Shown here piece after piece: positions 1 to 8,750 of a stretch of 64,000 bases of DNA (the first letter of the stretch is position 1; every line of letters begins with the position of its first letter). The stretch comes from Candidatus Cloacimonadota bacterium (GTDB taxonomy: Bacteria > Cloacimonadota > Cloacimonadia > Cloacimonadales > JAIOQZ01): the NCBI GenBank assembly GCA_021108395.1, contig JAIOQZ010000038.1, forward strand, positions 3,415 through 67,414, in the 5' to 3' direction. Position numbers and translations under genes: made by a program. The notes beneath the pieces are model-generated. The model was not told the DNA's origin. It made no database searches and was given only the letters and a program-made list of their open reading frames with translations.

Positions 1-791
1 TCGAGAAACCCATCAAGGGCATCAAGACACGCGAGCCGGCCTTCGGGCTGCCGGCGTTGTGGATTACCGAAGACAAGCGCGACATTGCCGAAATGCACGG
101 CTACACCATCATCGAGCCGGCAGCGATGATTGCCACCCACCTCAGCGAGGTCATCAAGCAAAACGCCGGTATCATTATCACGCGGCAGGACGTGCAGAAC
201 CTGCTGGACAACATCAAGAAAGACAACGAAGCCGTTGTGTCCGAGCTGGTACCCGGTCTGCTGTCGCTGGGCAACGTCGAGCAGGTGCTGAAGAACCTGC
301 TGCGCGAGGGCGTGGCGGTGCGCGACATGATCACCATCCTCGAAACGCTGGCCGACTACGCGCCCTTCACCCGTGACGTGGAAACGCTCACCGAATATGT
401 ACGCTATGCACTGGCGCGCACCATCGCCAAGAAGTTCACCGCTTCCGATGGCACTGTCTATGGCGTCACCCTGTCACCGCAGTTCGAGCAGCTCATCAGC
501 GACGTCGTGAACCAGGGCAAACAGAAGAAGCTGAACGTCTCGGTGCCGCCCGATGTCGTCAACAACCTGTACATCGACCTCGAGAAAGCCGTGAGCCAGA
601 TGAACGAGCTGGGCCTGCAACCAGTGGTGATGGTTTCTCCCGCCATACGCGGCTACATGAAAAAACTCATCGAGCCGGCCATCCCCAGCCTGCCAATCAT
701 TTCGTTCAACGAGATTCCGTCACACATTCCCATACAGTCGAAAGTCACGTTACAGCTCAAGATGCCCAGGGCTGCATCTGAAAGCGGATGA
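1..791 (+). CDS. flhA: Flagellar export gate protein FlhA, C-terminal cytoplasmic part (5' end outside window; codon phase starts at nt 3)
   Basis: The frame is open from the window edge. Translation EKPIKGIKTREPAFGLPALWITEDKRDIAEMHGYTIIEPAAMIATHL... is typical of the FlhA linker and C-domain. The flhF-flhG-fliA genes follow. Confidence 0.9.
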   Translation, partial: EKPIKGIKTREPAFGLPALWITEDKRDIAEMHGYTIIEPAAMIATHLSEVIKQNAGIIITRQDVQNLLDNIKKDNEAVVSELVPGLLSLGNVEQVLKNLLREGVAVRDMITILETLADYAPFTRDVETLTEYVRYALARTIAKKFTASDGTVYGVTLSPQFEQLISDVVNQGKQKKLNVSVPPDVVNNLYIDLEKAVSQMNELGLQPVVMVSPAIRGYMKKLIEPAIPSLPIISFNEIPSHIPIQSKVTLQLKMPRAASESG

Positions 792-1018
792 CAAACCTGA
801 TGAAATATCTCACGACAAGCGATCTTCGTTACTTTGTGAATTATAAGGCACAGGTCAGAGCATCTCTTGCCAAACTTCGGGAATTCAGCGTATTACAATA
901 CGCATTCACCCTCAGTTTAACAAGAGCTATCTCTGATTTGCTTTTCACAAAGCAAACACAAAATGCAGCTTGTTTCCTTCGTCAACAATCTGAGATGCCC
1001 AGGGCGGCGTCTGAGAGC
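761..1018 (+). repeat. Two 25-bp direct repeats (761-785, 994-1018; 22/25 identical) flanking a 208-bp AT-rich spacer at the flhA stop codon
   Basis: GATGCCCAGGGCTGCATCTGAAAGC versus GATGCCCAGGGCGGCGTCTGAGAGC. Each encodes MPRAASES next to a stop codon. The spacer carries hairpins at 888-903 and 937-956. Confidence 0.7.
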
Positions 1019-1217
1019 TGATCTGGTTTACCCCATAGCCCAAAGGCGATCGTTCGACCACCCGGTTGGATGGTCGCCTTTATTCGTTCAGGCCGCCCCT
1101 CGAATGGTAAAGTTTGCCGTGACGGGAAAAAAATACTGGACAGCCACAGCCATGACCGTTTCATCGAAAAAAATCGCGGGGGAGCGATAAACTCGCTTTC
1201 GCGACGAGGTTAGCTGT

Positions 1218-2366
1218 ATGAAGATCAAGAAATTCAGAGCGGCCACGATGCAACACGCCCTCGAACAAATCAAAAACGAGTTCGGAGACGACGCCATCAT
1301 TCTGAACACCAAGCAGGTCAAGGATGAAGACGCCCCCAAAGGCGAGCGCAAACAGGTCGAGGTGACGGCAGCCATCGATAAGCGGGAAACTGGGGAGTCG
1401 CTTGTCAAGCCGAGCTTTGGCAGCGCTTATGGCGAGGCCACGAGGCGCACCGAGGCGACAAGTATGGCCAATGTGCAGTTTACACACTTGCAGAAAGAGG
1501 TGGATTACATCAGCGAGCGTCTCGAACTGCTGCTGAACCACGTCAAGTATGAAAACCTGCCGCATATTCCCAAGCTCTTACAACAACGCGCTCGTACGCT
1601 CATCGGCACAGGGGTGCCTGCCAGCCTGGCCAACCAGATGATCGAGGAGATTCTGCTGGGTCTCAAGGGCGAGGATTTTTTGCAGGCCGAGCTCGTGGAC
1701 GACAAGCTGGTCGCCAAGATCAAGAATCGCTTCCAGATAACTGGTCCGGTGCGGTTCAATCATGGCCAGCCGACGGTGGTCGCCCTGGTGGGTCCCACCG
1801 GTGGCGGCAAGACCACCTCCGTGGCCAAGCTGGCCGCCATGTACGCCTATCAGTATGGCAAGAAGGTGGCGCTCGTTTCTACCGACAGCTATCGCATTGC
1901 CGCCATGGAGCAGCTCAAGGCCTTCGCCGACATCGCCAAGCTGCCATTTGCCGCAGCCTACGATCCATCCGAACTGGCCAAGCTCATGAAGGGCTATGCA
2001 AAGCACGACCTCATCCTGGTGGATACCGTTGGCATCAACCCACGCGACATGAAAAAGATGGTGAGCCTGAAGGAAACATTGCGCGTTTCACGGGCCGACG
2101 AGATTCACCTCGTGGTCAGCCTCACCACACGGGGTATCGACATCCGCGAGACATTGAAAAACTTCTCGATACTGGGCTACACCAGCCTTCTTTACACAAA
2201 GCTGGACGAAGCGGCGGCGTTTGGCGACATGCTCGACATCGCCGTTGGTTTCAATAAAGCAATAAGTTACATCGCGTTCGGGCAGGCCATTCCCGAAGAT
2301 ATCGCCCTGGCAGACCGTACTGAACTGGCGACGACGATTCTGAGAGGACGCTATGGAATTTCTTAA
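1218..2366 (+). CDS. flhF: Flagellar biosynthesis SRP-type GTPase FlhF
   Basis: G1 motif VALVGPTGGGKTTSVAKLAA, plus DTVGINPRD and an SRP54-like G domain. It lies between flhA and flhG. Confidence 0.9.
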   Translation: MKIKKFRAATMQHALEQIKNEFGDDAIILNTKQVKDEDAPKGERKQVEVTAAIDKRETGESLVKPSFGSAYGEATRRTEATSMANVQFTHLQKEVDYISERLELLLNHVKYENLPHIPKLLQQRARTLIGTGVPASLANQMIEEILLGLKGEDFLQAELVDDKLVAKIKNRFQITGPVRFNHGQPTVVALVGPTGGGKTTSVAKLAAMYAYQYGKKVALVSTDSYRIAAMEQLKAFADIAKLPFAAAYDPSELAKLMKGYAKHDLILVDTVGINPRDMKKMVSLKETLRVSRADEIHLVVSLTTRGIDIRETLKNFSILGYTSLLYTKLDEAAAFGDMLDIAVGFNKAISYIAFGQAIPEDIALADRTELATTILRGRYGIS

Positions 2367-3171
2367 CCAATCGAAGCAATTGCAGGACTTTACGCCAGGC
2401 AAGCCAGGCCGGAAGCTGGCAAAGCTCATCTCGATTACCAGCGGTAAGGGTGGCGTAGGAAAAAGTAATTTTATTCTAAACCTTGCCATCGCAATGTCGA
2501 TAAGGAACAAGAAGGTTCTTTTAATCGACGCTGACATGAATTTGTCCAACCTGGATATTCTCATCGGGGTGTATCCGCAATATACCCTGAAGAACCTGTT
2601 GGACGACATCGTGGATGTTGAGGATCTCCTGGTGGAGGGTCCCAAGGGCATTCGCATTCTGCCGGCCAATTCCGGCGACTATAAAGTCCAGCAGAACACG
2701 GCGAAGCTTCAGAAGGCGCTCATCCAGGCATACCGAGAGCTGCGGCCCGACTTCGATTATATCCTGATCGATACCGGCGCCGGCATCAGTGAGTACACAA
2801 CCGAGTTTGTGTACACCTCGGACAAGATCATCATCATCACGACGCCCGAGCCTACGGCGATAACCGATGCGTATGCGATGATCAAGATGTTGCACTTTCA
2901 CATGAAAGCGCCCGACATCTCGGTCGTTATAAATATGGTGCAGACTGTCGAAGAAGGCAAAACGATCTATGATAAAATCAGCCAGATCGTGCAGCACTTT
3001 CTGAACCGGCAGGTTCATTACATGGGCTGCATCCTGCATGACAGGAACCTGAAGGACGCCGTGCAGGAGCAGGTGCCGCTGATTATCAAGCACCCGCGCT
3101 CTGTGGCTTCGGCGGCCATCCACAACATGGCGATGACTTACTTGAAACAGGACATGAAAGACAACCAATGA
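2353..3171 (+). CDS. flhG: MinD/ParA-family ATPase FlhG (YlxH/FleN)
   Basis: Deviant Walker A SGKGGVGKSNF and Walker B ILIDTGAG. It overlaps the flhF stop by 14 nt and shows the canonical flhF-flhG synteny. Confidence 0.85.
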   Translation: MEFLNQSKQLQDFTPGKPGRKLAKLISITSGKGGVGKSNFILNLAIAMSIRNKKVLLIDADMNLSNLDILIGVYPQYTLKNLLDDIVDVEDLLVEGPKGIRILPANSGDYKVQQNTAKLQKALIQAYRELRPDFDYILIDTGAGISEYTTEFVYTSDKIIIITTPEPTAITDAYAMIKMLHFHMKAPDISVVINMVQTVEEGKTIYDKISQIVQHFLNRQVHYMGCILHDRNLKDAVQEQVPLIIKHPRSVASAAIHNMAMTYLKQDMKDNQ

Positions 3172-3185
3172 GGCAAGGATGACGG

Positions 3186-3455
3186 ATGACTGGCAAGCTC
3201 AGGCTTAAAGCCTTTATCCGCAGCACAGCGCTGCTGTTCTTCTTCGTGAACTTCTTCACGAGCTACCTGCTGTTTGGCAGCGATCTCGTCGAGGCGTTCA
3301 TTCGCGGCCTCATTGTCATGGTCATCACCACCATCGTGCTGCATGCGGTTTTCGCTGTCTGGGCGTTCGCCTTCCGTCCGGGCGAATGGCGGCTCATCAT
3401 CACCGGCCCACCGCCAAAGCCGGAAGAAGCGCAACCTCTCGAAGCCGAAGCTTGA
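3186..3455 (+). CDS. Small hypothetical membrane protein (two predicted TM helices)
   Basis: Hydrophobic stretches ALLFFFVNFFTSYLLF and LIVMVITTIVLHAVFAVWAFAF. It is tightly packed between flhG and fliA. I recognise no family. Confidence 0.5.
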   Translation: MTGKLRLKAFIRSTALLFFFVNFFTSYLLFGSDLVEAFIRGLIVMVITTIVLHAVFAVWAFAFRPGEWRLIITGPPPKPEEAQPLEAEA

Positions 3456-3520
3456 AGAATCTCTTGACACAACTACGCCCCTCCATTGACTGTTAGGCGA
3501 ATAACCTACAGGAGCCCGGC

Positions 3521-4288
3521 ATGGAAGCGGACGAAAAGAAACTGTGGGAACTCTACCACAAAACAAAGCGGCGTGAACTGCTCGAAAAGATCGTCGAGAA
3601 GTACCTGTATCTGGTGCACTATCTCGCCGGCAAGCTGAACATTTTCAGCTCGAGCAGCATGGAAAAAGACGACCTCTACAGCGCTGGCGTCATGGGCCTG
3701 CTCGATGCAATCGAAAAGTTTGATCCCGAGAAAGGCGTCGAGTTCCAGACGTTTGCCACCATCCGTGTGCGCGGCTCCATCATCGATGAAATCCGTCGCA
3801 CCGACTGGGTTCCCCGCTCCGTTCGCCAGAAATCCAAGCATATAGACGCAGCCATCCACTCGCTGTTCAATCGGCTGGGGCGCATGCCCAGCGACAGCCA
3901 GGTGGCCGAAGAACTCGATATCAGTCTCGACGAGTATTACCATATCACCGACAACCTCGGCCCCATGTTCCTTGCCTCGCTCGATTCGGCCATCAAGGGG
4001 GATGGCGGCCAAGACCTGTTCGTCAGTGATATTGTCGAGGATACAGGTGAGGGGGTTGAGGCGGAGATGCAGCGCCACAACCTGCGTCGGGGCATCATCA
4101 AGGCCATCGGCCAGTTGCCAGAACGCGAGAAGTTGGTTATCAGCCTCTATTACTACGAAGAGCTGACCCTGAAGGAAATAGGCATGGTGCTCGACGTCAC
4201 CGAGAGCCGCGTGTCTCAGATGCACTCTTCGGCGCTGATGAAGCTGCGCAATCTGCTGGAGCATTCTCGCCCCGAACCCATACTTTGA
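3521..4288 (+). CDS. fliA: Flagellar sigma factor FliA (sigma-28)
   Basis: Sigma-70 region 2 (GLLDAIEKFDPEKGVEFQTFATIRVRGSIIDEIR) and region 4 (LTLKEIGMVLDVTESRVSQMH). It sits in the position after flhG. Confidence 0.9.
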   Translation: MEADEKKLWELYHKTKRRELLEKIVEKYLYLVHYLAGKLNIFSSSSMEKDDLYSAGVMGLLDAIEKFDPEKGVEFQTFATIRVRGSIIDEIRRTDWVPRSVRQKSKHIDAAIHSLFNRLGRMPSDSQVAEELDISLDEYYHITDNLGPMFLASLDSAIKGDGGQDLFVSDIVEDTGEGVEAEMQRHNLRRGIIKAIGQLPEREKLVISLYYYEELTLKEIGMVLDVTESRVSQMHSSALMKLRNLLEHSRPEPIL

Positions 4289-4294
4289 GATTAG

Positions 4295-5170
4295 ATGAAA
4301 ACTTCCGACCTGCAACGAATCACCCGGCAGATTATCCAGTTGCCGGCCGTGCCCGTTATCGTGGTGCAACTTCTCGACCTCGTTGACGATCCGAAAACAT
4401 CCTCCGGCACGCTTGCCCAGCTGCTCTCCAGCGACCAGGCGCTCACCGCCAAGACACTCCGCCTGGCAAACTCCAGCTACTATGCTTTCGCTCAGCCCAT
4501 CAAGACGGTGCAGCTCGCCATATCGCTGCTTGGCTATCAGACGGTGGTGGGCCTGGCTCTCAGTCTCGCTTTCACCCGCAGTTTCGCCTGCGAACGCCAC
4601 GAGGACGAGTTCGATGTCATGGCGTTCTGGGAACATTCGCTAAGCGTTGCGGTCGCGGCACGCGGACTGGCCCGCGAGTTGAACGTCGAAGCTGCTCCCG
4701 CGCTGTTCACGATGGGCATTCTGCATGACATCGGCAAACTGATTATCCATGAATCTATGTATGAGCATTATCTGGCAATCGATATACGGGTTCGATTGCG
4801 CGGTGAACCATCGTATCGGGCAGAGCGAACAGTGATGGGCGCCAACCACGCTGAAATCGGCAGTTGGCTGTGCGAGAGCTGGCGCCTGCCTGCCGAGATA
4901 GGCTGCGCCGTCCGTTATCATCATGAGCCGTCGTCCGGTGAGGGTGAAGCGATCTGTATTATACATCTGGCCGATTTCATCTGCAATCGCCTGGGCTACA
5001 CATGGCCCGAGGCAAAACACGCTGAAAGTGAATTCGACCTCGTGTGCAAGCAGCGGCTTGGTTTGCAACTTGGTGACAATGGGGATGTTGACTGGCAGCA
5101 CTATGACGACTTGGTAGCGACGGAGATTGAAAAAGCTGCGGAGTTCATCAACATCGTAAAGGCTATCTGA
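4295..5170 (+). CDS. HDOD domain protein (putative signalling module)
   Basis: HDOD-like features: N-terminal LPAVPVIVVQLLDLVDDP, then GILHDIGKLII and GANHAEIGSWL. Confidence 0.8.
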   Translation: MKTSDLQRITRQIIQLPAVPVIVVQLLDLVDDPKTSSGTLAQLLSSDQALTAKTLRLANSSYYAFAQPIKTVQLAISLLGYQTVVGLALSLAFTRSFACERHEDEFDVMAFWEHSLSVAVAARGLARELNVEAAPALFTMGILHDIGKLIIHESMYEHYLAIDIRVRLRGEPSYRAERTVMGANHAEIGSWLCESWRLPAEIGCAVRYHHEPSSGEGEAICIIHLADFICNRLGYTWPEAKHAESEFDLVCKQRLGLQLGDNGDVDWQHYDDLVATEIEKAAEFINIVKAI

Positions 5171-5250
5171 GTCAGATGTATTCAGCAAAAAAAGCTTGCC
5201 GGATTTAGTCAGAGTTGATAAAATCATCGAAATAGATAACAGGGGTTAGC

Positions 5251-6735
5251 ATGAAACGCATAGCATTTTTTCTCATCCTGACGGGGCTTCTCGTTAGCTT
5301 GATGGCGCAGAGCCAACTCGAAGAACTCTACTACCGTGATTACGGCGAAATCGTGCGTCTGGTGCTTGTGTTCCAAAGCGAGCCAGACTGCCAGATTGAG
5401 CAGAACGGCGAGACCAGCCGGCTCGTGATTCGTTTGCGCAACACGACACGTTCGCGGGAAGTGCGCAACACCTATTCCCTCACATCGAGCCGCGTACTCG
5501 AATCGATCGATGTGACGGAAGACGGTGGCGCCCTTGTGCTCACTATTCACACCGACAAGCCATACACGCTCAAGCGCCCGACCCAGGGAATCGACCCAAA
5601 GAGAATCGTGCTCGATATATTTGGCGTGGCCCAGCCAACTACTCTCGCCGAGCACACCAGCTTTGCCCACTATTACAGCACGGTTGGTTACAGGAACAGC
5701 GCCCTGAAGGAATTCGAGTGGCTCGAAGCCAATGGCGACGGCGACACCGACTACCATTTCGACTGGGGCATGATGCTGTTGCGCCAGGGCAAAAAGCAGC
5801 AGGCGGCAACTCACTTTCGTGCAGTGCAGCCGAGCGCGAACCACTATCGCAAAGCGCAGGAAGAGATGGCCAAGCTGGGTGGTGTTCCCAGACCTGCCCC
5901 CGTTGCGCAACCAGAGCCGCAAGCGACGACGCAACCCGTAGCGAGTGAAACGCCAGAGCAGCCCGACGAAGCTCGAGGCGATGACGCGCAGAAATTCCTG
6001 CAAGCACAGGCTGCCGCCGCCAAAGCCATGGTCAGCGGTGAGCAAGCCGACTTTGAACAGGCTGCGACAATGCTACTGGAAGCTGGCGAAGACTCTGTGT
6101 TCAAACGTGAGGCGTATGTGACGCTGTACAGTCTCTATACATCGTGGGGGAAGCCAGAAAAAGCCAAACTTTACGCTGACGAGGCCGAGCTTCCCAAGAC
6201 TTCTGCAATGACCTGGACTCCGGGTGAGAACGGTGGAATCATGCGTCTTTGCATCCAGTTCTGGTTGGCCATATTGCTGGCGGCTCTCGTTGGGCTGATA
6301 GTGTTCTTTCTCATGCTCATTTACTATGGGTACAAGAAAGATAAAGATGAACCCGAATTCACGATGGCGGACATCAGGGAGCACAGCGATAATCTTGTCG
6401 AAACATACAACGAGTCGGTCGAAGAAGAAGATGAACTGGAAAAAGAAGAACCAGAGCCAGAGTCTGCCCCTGAAGCGGAAGAACCTGAGATTGAAGAGCC
6501 AGAAATAGAAGAACCTGAAATCGAATTGCCGGTAGAGGCGCCGGAACCGGAACGGGAAGAACTGCAAGAGCCGGAAGAACTTCCTGTCGATGATACTCCT
6601 GGTATCGGTGATCCGGAATACCAGAAGAAGATGATACTCAAGCTGAGCGCTGACGGCTGGGACACCGAGGCCATTGCCAAGGAGATGCAGATTTCCCAGC
6701 GCGAGGTTGAGTTCATCCTCAAGACTCAGTCGTAG
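5251..6735 (+). CDS. Hypothetical multi-domain protein: signal peptide, AMIN-like domain, TPR-like region, one TM helix, acidic EEPEI repeat, C-terminal HTH-like segment
   Basis: N-terminus MKRIAFFLILTGLLVSLMAQS; the RLVIRL...RIVLDIFG pattern; TM helix FWLAILLAALVGLIVFFLMLIYY; EEPEIEEPEIEEPEIE; tail LSADGWDTEAIAKEMQISQREVEFIL. Confidence 0.7.
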   Translation: MKRIAFFLILTGLLVSLMAQSQLEELYYRDYGEIVRLVLVFQSEPDCQIEQNGETSRLVIRLRNTTRSREVRNTYSLTSSRVLESIDVTEDGGALVLTIHTDKPYTLKRPTQGIDPKRIVLDIFGVAQPTTLAEHTSFAHYYSTVGYRNSALKEFEWLEANGDGDTDYHFDWGMMLLRQGKKQQAATHFRAVQPSANHYRKAQEEMAKLGGVPRPAPVAQPEPQATTQPVASETPEQPDEARGDDAQKFLQAQAAAAKAMVSGEQADFEQAATMLLEAGEDSVFKREAYVTLYSLYTSWGKPEKAKLYADEAELPKTSAMTWTPGENGGIMRLCIQFWLAILLAALVGLIVFFLMLIYYGYKKDKDEPEFTMADIREHSDNLVETYNESVEEEDELEKEEPEPESAPEAEEPEIEEPEIEEPEIELPVEAPEPEREELQEPEELPVDDTPGIGDPEYQKKMILKLSADGWDTEAIAKEMQISQREVEFILKTQS

Positions 6736-6740
6736 GGAAG

Positions 6741-7751
6741 ATGCCGTCCCTGGCTTCGCAATTGCAACAGGTCGTCGAGAGCGATGTGGCGGAGTTGCGT
6801 CGGCGATTGAAGTTGGGCGAAATCGTACCGGCGAAGGTGAGCCGCGTATTGAGTGAAGGGCACTATGCCATCACTGTTCGCGGCGAGACCGTACATGCGC
6901 AGTCGCACCTTGCGCTTAACGAAGGTGAGCTTTTCGTCGTTGTCGAGAGCTTGCGCCCCAAGATTCGGCTGCGGCTCGTGCCGGTACAATCCAGCCGCTC
7001 TGCCGAGGCGATGATTCGCCTGGCGCTCGAACACGGCCTTCCCCTCGACCCTCAAACGCAGCAGGTGCTGCTGGCGCTTATCGAGCACGGCTCGATGCCC
7101 CCCGATATAGAGGCCTTTGTTGGCGGCTGCCATGAGCTGTCGGGGCTGCTGCCGCATGGCTCGCAGGTGAGTTGGGAGCTGCTGCTGGCACTAGCCACTT
7201 TGCCCGGTGGGGAAGGGCCACCTGCCCTGGATGTGCTGCTCGAACTGTTCTCGATGCGTGACACGCTGCTGCCGGAGCCATTCACTCTCCCCGTACCAGA
7301 TGAGGACGCCATGCGCTATGCCTGGCTGCTGCTGCGTCTCGACGGGGTGGATGACGCCTTTCGTCTCGCTGTCGCCCCCTCACCCCTACGCGGGCGACTC
7401 GAACGCTGGCGCTCGCTGCTGGGCGCTCTCAACGCCGTCATGGAAGGTGTGCAGCTTCAGGCCTGGCTGCTGCCGGAAAACGGCCGCCTGCGACTGGCGC
7501 TCGCCGAACTTCACAGCAGCGGCGGGGTTGACTACTGCCGCCTGTGGGTGCGCACCGACGTTTTCAACGACATCCGCGTGCAGCTTCAGTGGACCACCGA
7601 CACCTCGCGGGCAACACTTGGCTTTGACAACTCGGTGGCCGCCCGCGACTTCGGCCAACTGCGCGACAGCCTGAGACAGGAAGTCGCCGCCACCCTGCCG
7701 GGCTGCGGACTGCACATCGAGGTGGACCACCCCTTGGGAGGGCGACCGTGA
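6741..7751 (+). CDS. Hypothetical protein of the flagellar cluster
   Basis: A long ORF with GC-rich codon usage matching its neighbours, starting 5 nt after the upstream stop. I recognise no family. Confidence 0.6.
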   Translation: MPSLASQLQQVVESDVAELRRRLKLGEIVPAKVSRVLSEGHYAITVRGETVHAQSHLALNEGELFVVVESLRPKIRLRLVPVQSSRSAEAMIRLALEHGLPLDPQTQQVLLALIEHGSMPPDIEAFVGGCHELSGLLPHGSQVSWELLLALATLPGGEGPPALDVLLELFSMRDTLLPEPFTLPVPDEDAMRYAWLLLRLDGVDDAFRLAVAPSPLRGRLERWRSLLGALNAVMEGVQLQAWLLPENGRLRLALAELHSSGGVDYCRLWVRTDVFNDIRVQLQWTTDTSRATLGFDNSVAARDFGQLRDSLRQEVAATLPGCGLHIEVDHPLGGRP

Positions 7752-7918
7752 AGAAAGCAACCCGCGAACAGCTTACCCGCATCGCCGCGCAGGAACGAGT
7801 TGACAGCCAAACGCTCGAACGCATGTTGAAGCATCGGCCAGGCCCGCCGCCGGGTGTGTTTCTCGCTACGGCGCGACTGCTGGCCATTATTCACCAGAGG
7901 GAAGACACATACCGATGA
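7748..7918 (+). CDS. Possible translationally coupled micro-ORF (56 aa, GTG start)
   Basis: It has a GTGA overlap with the upstream stop and an ATGA overlap with the downstream start. Translation VKKATREQLTRIAAQERVDSQTLERMLKHRPGPPPGVFLATARLLAIIHQREDTYR. It is absent from the ORF track, and the call rests on context only. Confidence 0.3.
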   Translation: MKKATREQLTRIAAQERVDSQTLERMLKHRPGPPPGVFLATARLLAIIHQREDTYR

Positions 7919-8724
7919 CTGAGATCGATTTCATCACCAGGGCTACGCGGCTGATGGGGGAATTCTCCTACGCCGAGCGCGAGCGCCATTACGAGCGCCT
8001 GTTCGACCTTCTACAGGAGGTGGCGCCTTTCCAGGACGCCGCCATCTTCCTGCTGGACGAGCGGAAGCGGAAGATCGAGCTGGAGTCCAGCCGCGGCCGG
8101 CCCGTTGACCTCGTGCACGTCGTCGAGTTCGAGATGGGCATGGGGTTCTCGGCGTGGGTGGCCAGCGAGCGCCGCATCGTGCTGCTGGACAACCTAAAAG
8201 GCCGCCAGGCGGGTGACATGGGCAGTTTTCTGTCGGTGCCGCTGTTGGTGGGCGACGATCTGGTGGGCGTGGTCAACTTCGGCCATGCGGAGCAGGGCGC
8301 GTTCACCCAGCCGCAGGCCGAGCGCGTGCAGGTGGTCGCCTCGCTGCTGGCGGGCATACTGGCCAAGAACCTGCTCATAGCGCGTTTGCAGCGCCAGAAC
8401 GAGAAAATCCGGCGCATGAACCGCAAGCTCAAGGAAGCGCAGCAGAAGCTGGTGGAGGCCGAGAAGGGCGCCGCGGTGTCCGCGACGGTGGTGAGCCTGA
8501 ACCACGAGATAAACAACCCGCTACAGATTATCTCCGGCAACCTGCAACTGGCGCGGCAGAGCAGCGATAACGAGGAAGTGAAGGCCAAGCTGGCGGTGGC
8601 GGAGGAGCAGCTCGAGCGCGTAGCGAAGGTGCTCAGAAAGCTCCGCGAGGTGCAGCAACCGCTGTTTGCAGAGTACATCCCGGGGGATGAGGAGAAGATG
8701 ATAGAGCTGGGGGAGGGGGAGTAG
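7915..8724 (+). CDS. GAF domain protein with a HisKA-like (DHp) helix but no ATPase domain
   Basis: GAF-like N-terminal half, a coiled coil, then an H-box-like LNHEINNPLQIISGNLQLA. The protein ends about 70 aa later with no N/G boxes. Confidence 0.75.
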   Translation: MTEIDFITRATRLMGEFSYAERERHYERLFDLLQEVAPFQDAAIFLLDERKRKIELESSRGRPVDLVHVVEFEMGMGFSAWVASERRIVLLDNLKGRQAGDMGSFLSVPLLVGDDLVGVVNFGHAEQGAFTQPQAERVQVVASLLAGILAKNLLIARLQRQNEKIRRMNRKLKEAQQKLVEAEKGAAVSATVVSLNHEINNPLQIISGNLQLARQSSDNEEVKAKLAVAEEQLERVAKVLRKLREVQQPLFAEYIPGDEEKMIELGEGE

Positions 8725-8750
8725 AGTTCTCTTTGTATAAAATACAATGG

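Noticed and set aside
788-1021. 77-aa ORF as a confident protein-coding gene
   Set aside because: It is AT-rich, has no recognisable domain, and lies in what looks like an inserted segment. I kept it only as part of the duplication finding, because its MPRAASES tail may simply be the displaced original flhA end.
3506-4636. 376-aa minus-strand ORF over fliA and the HDOD gene
   Set aside because: It is antisense to two well-supported genes and spans their junction. It has no recognisable motifs.
6073-6722. Minus-strand ORFs (164 and 132 aa) in the acidic-repeat region
   Set aside because: They are the reverse complement of the GAA/GAG-rich acidic tail, which gives F/S-rich low-complexity artefacts.
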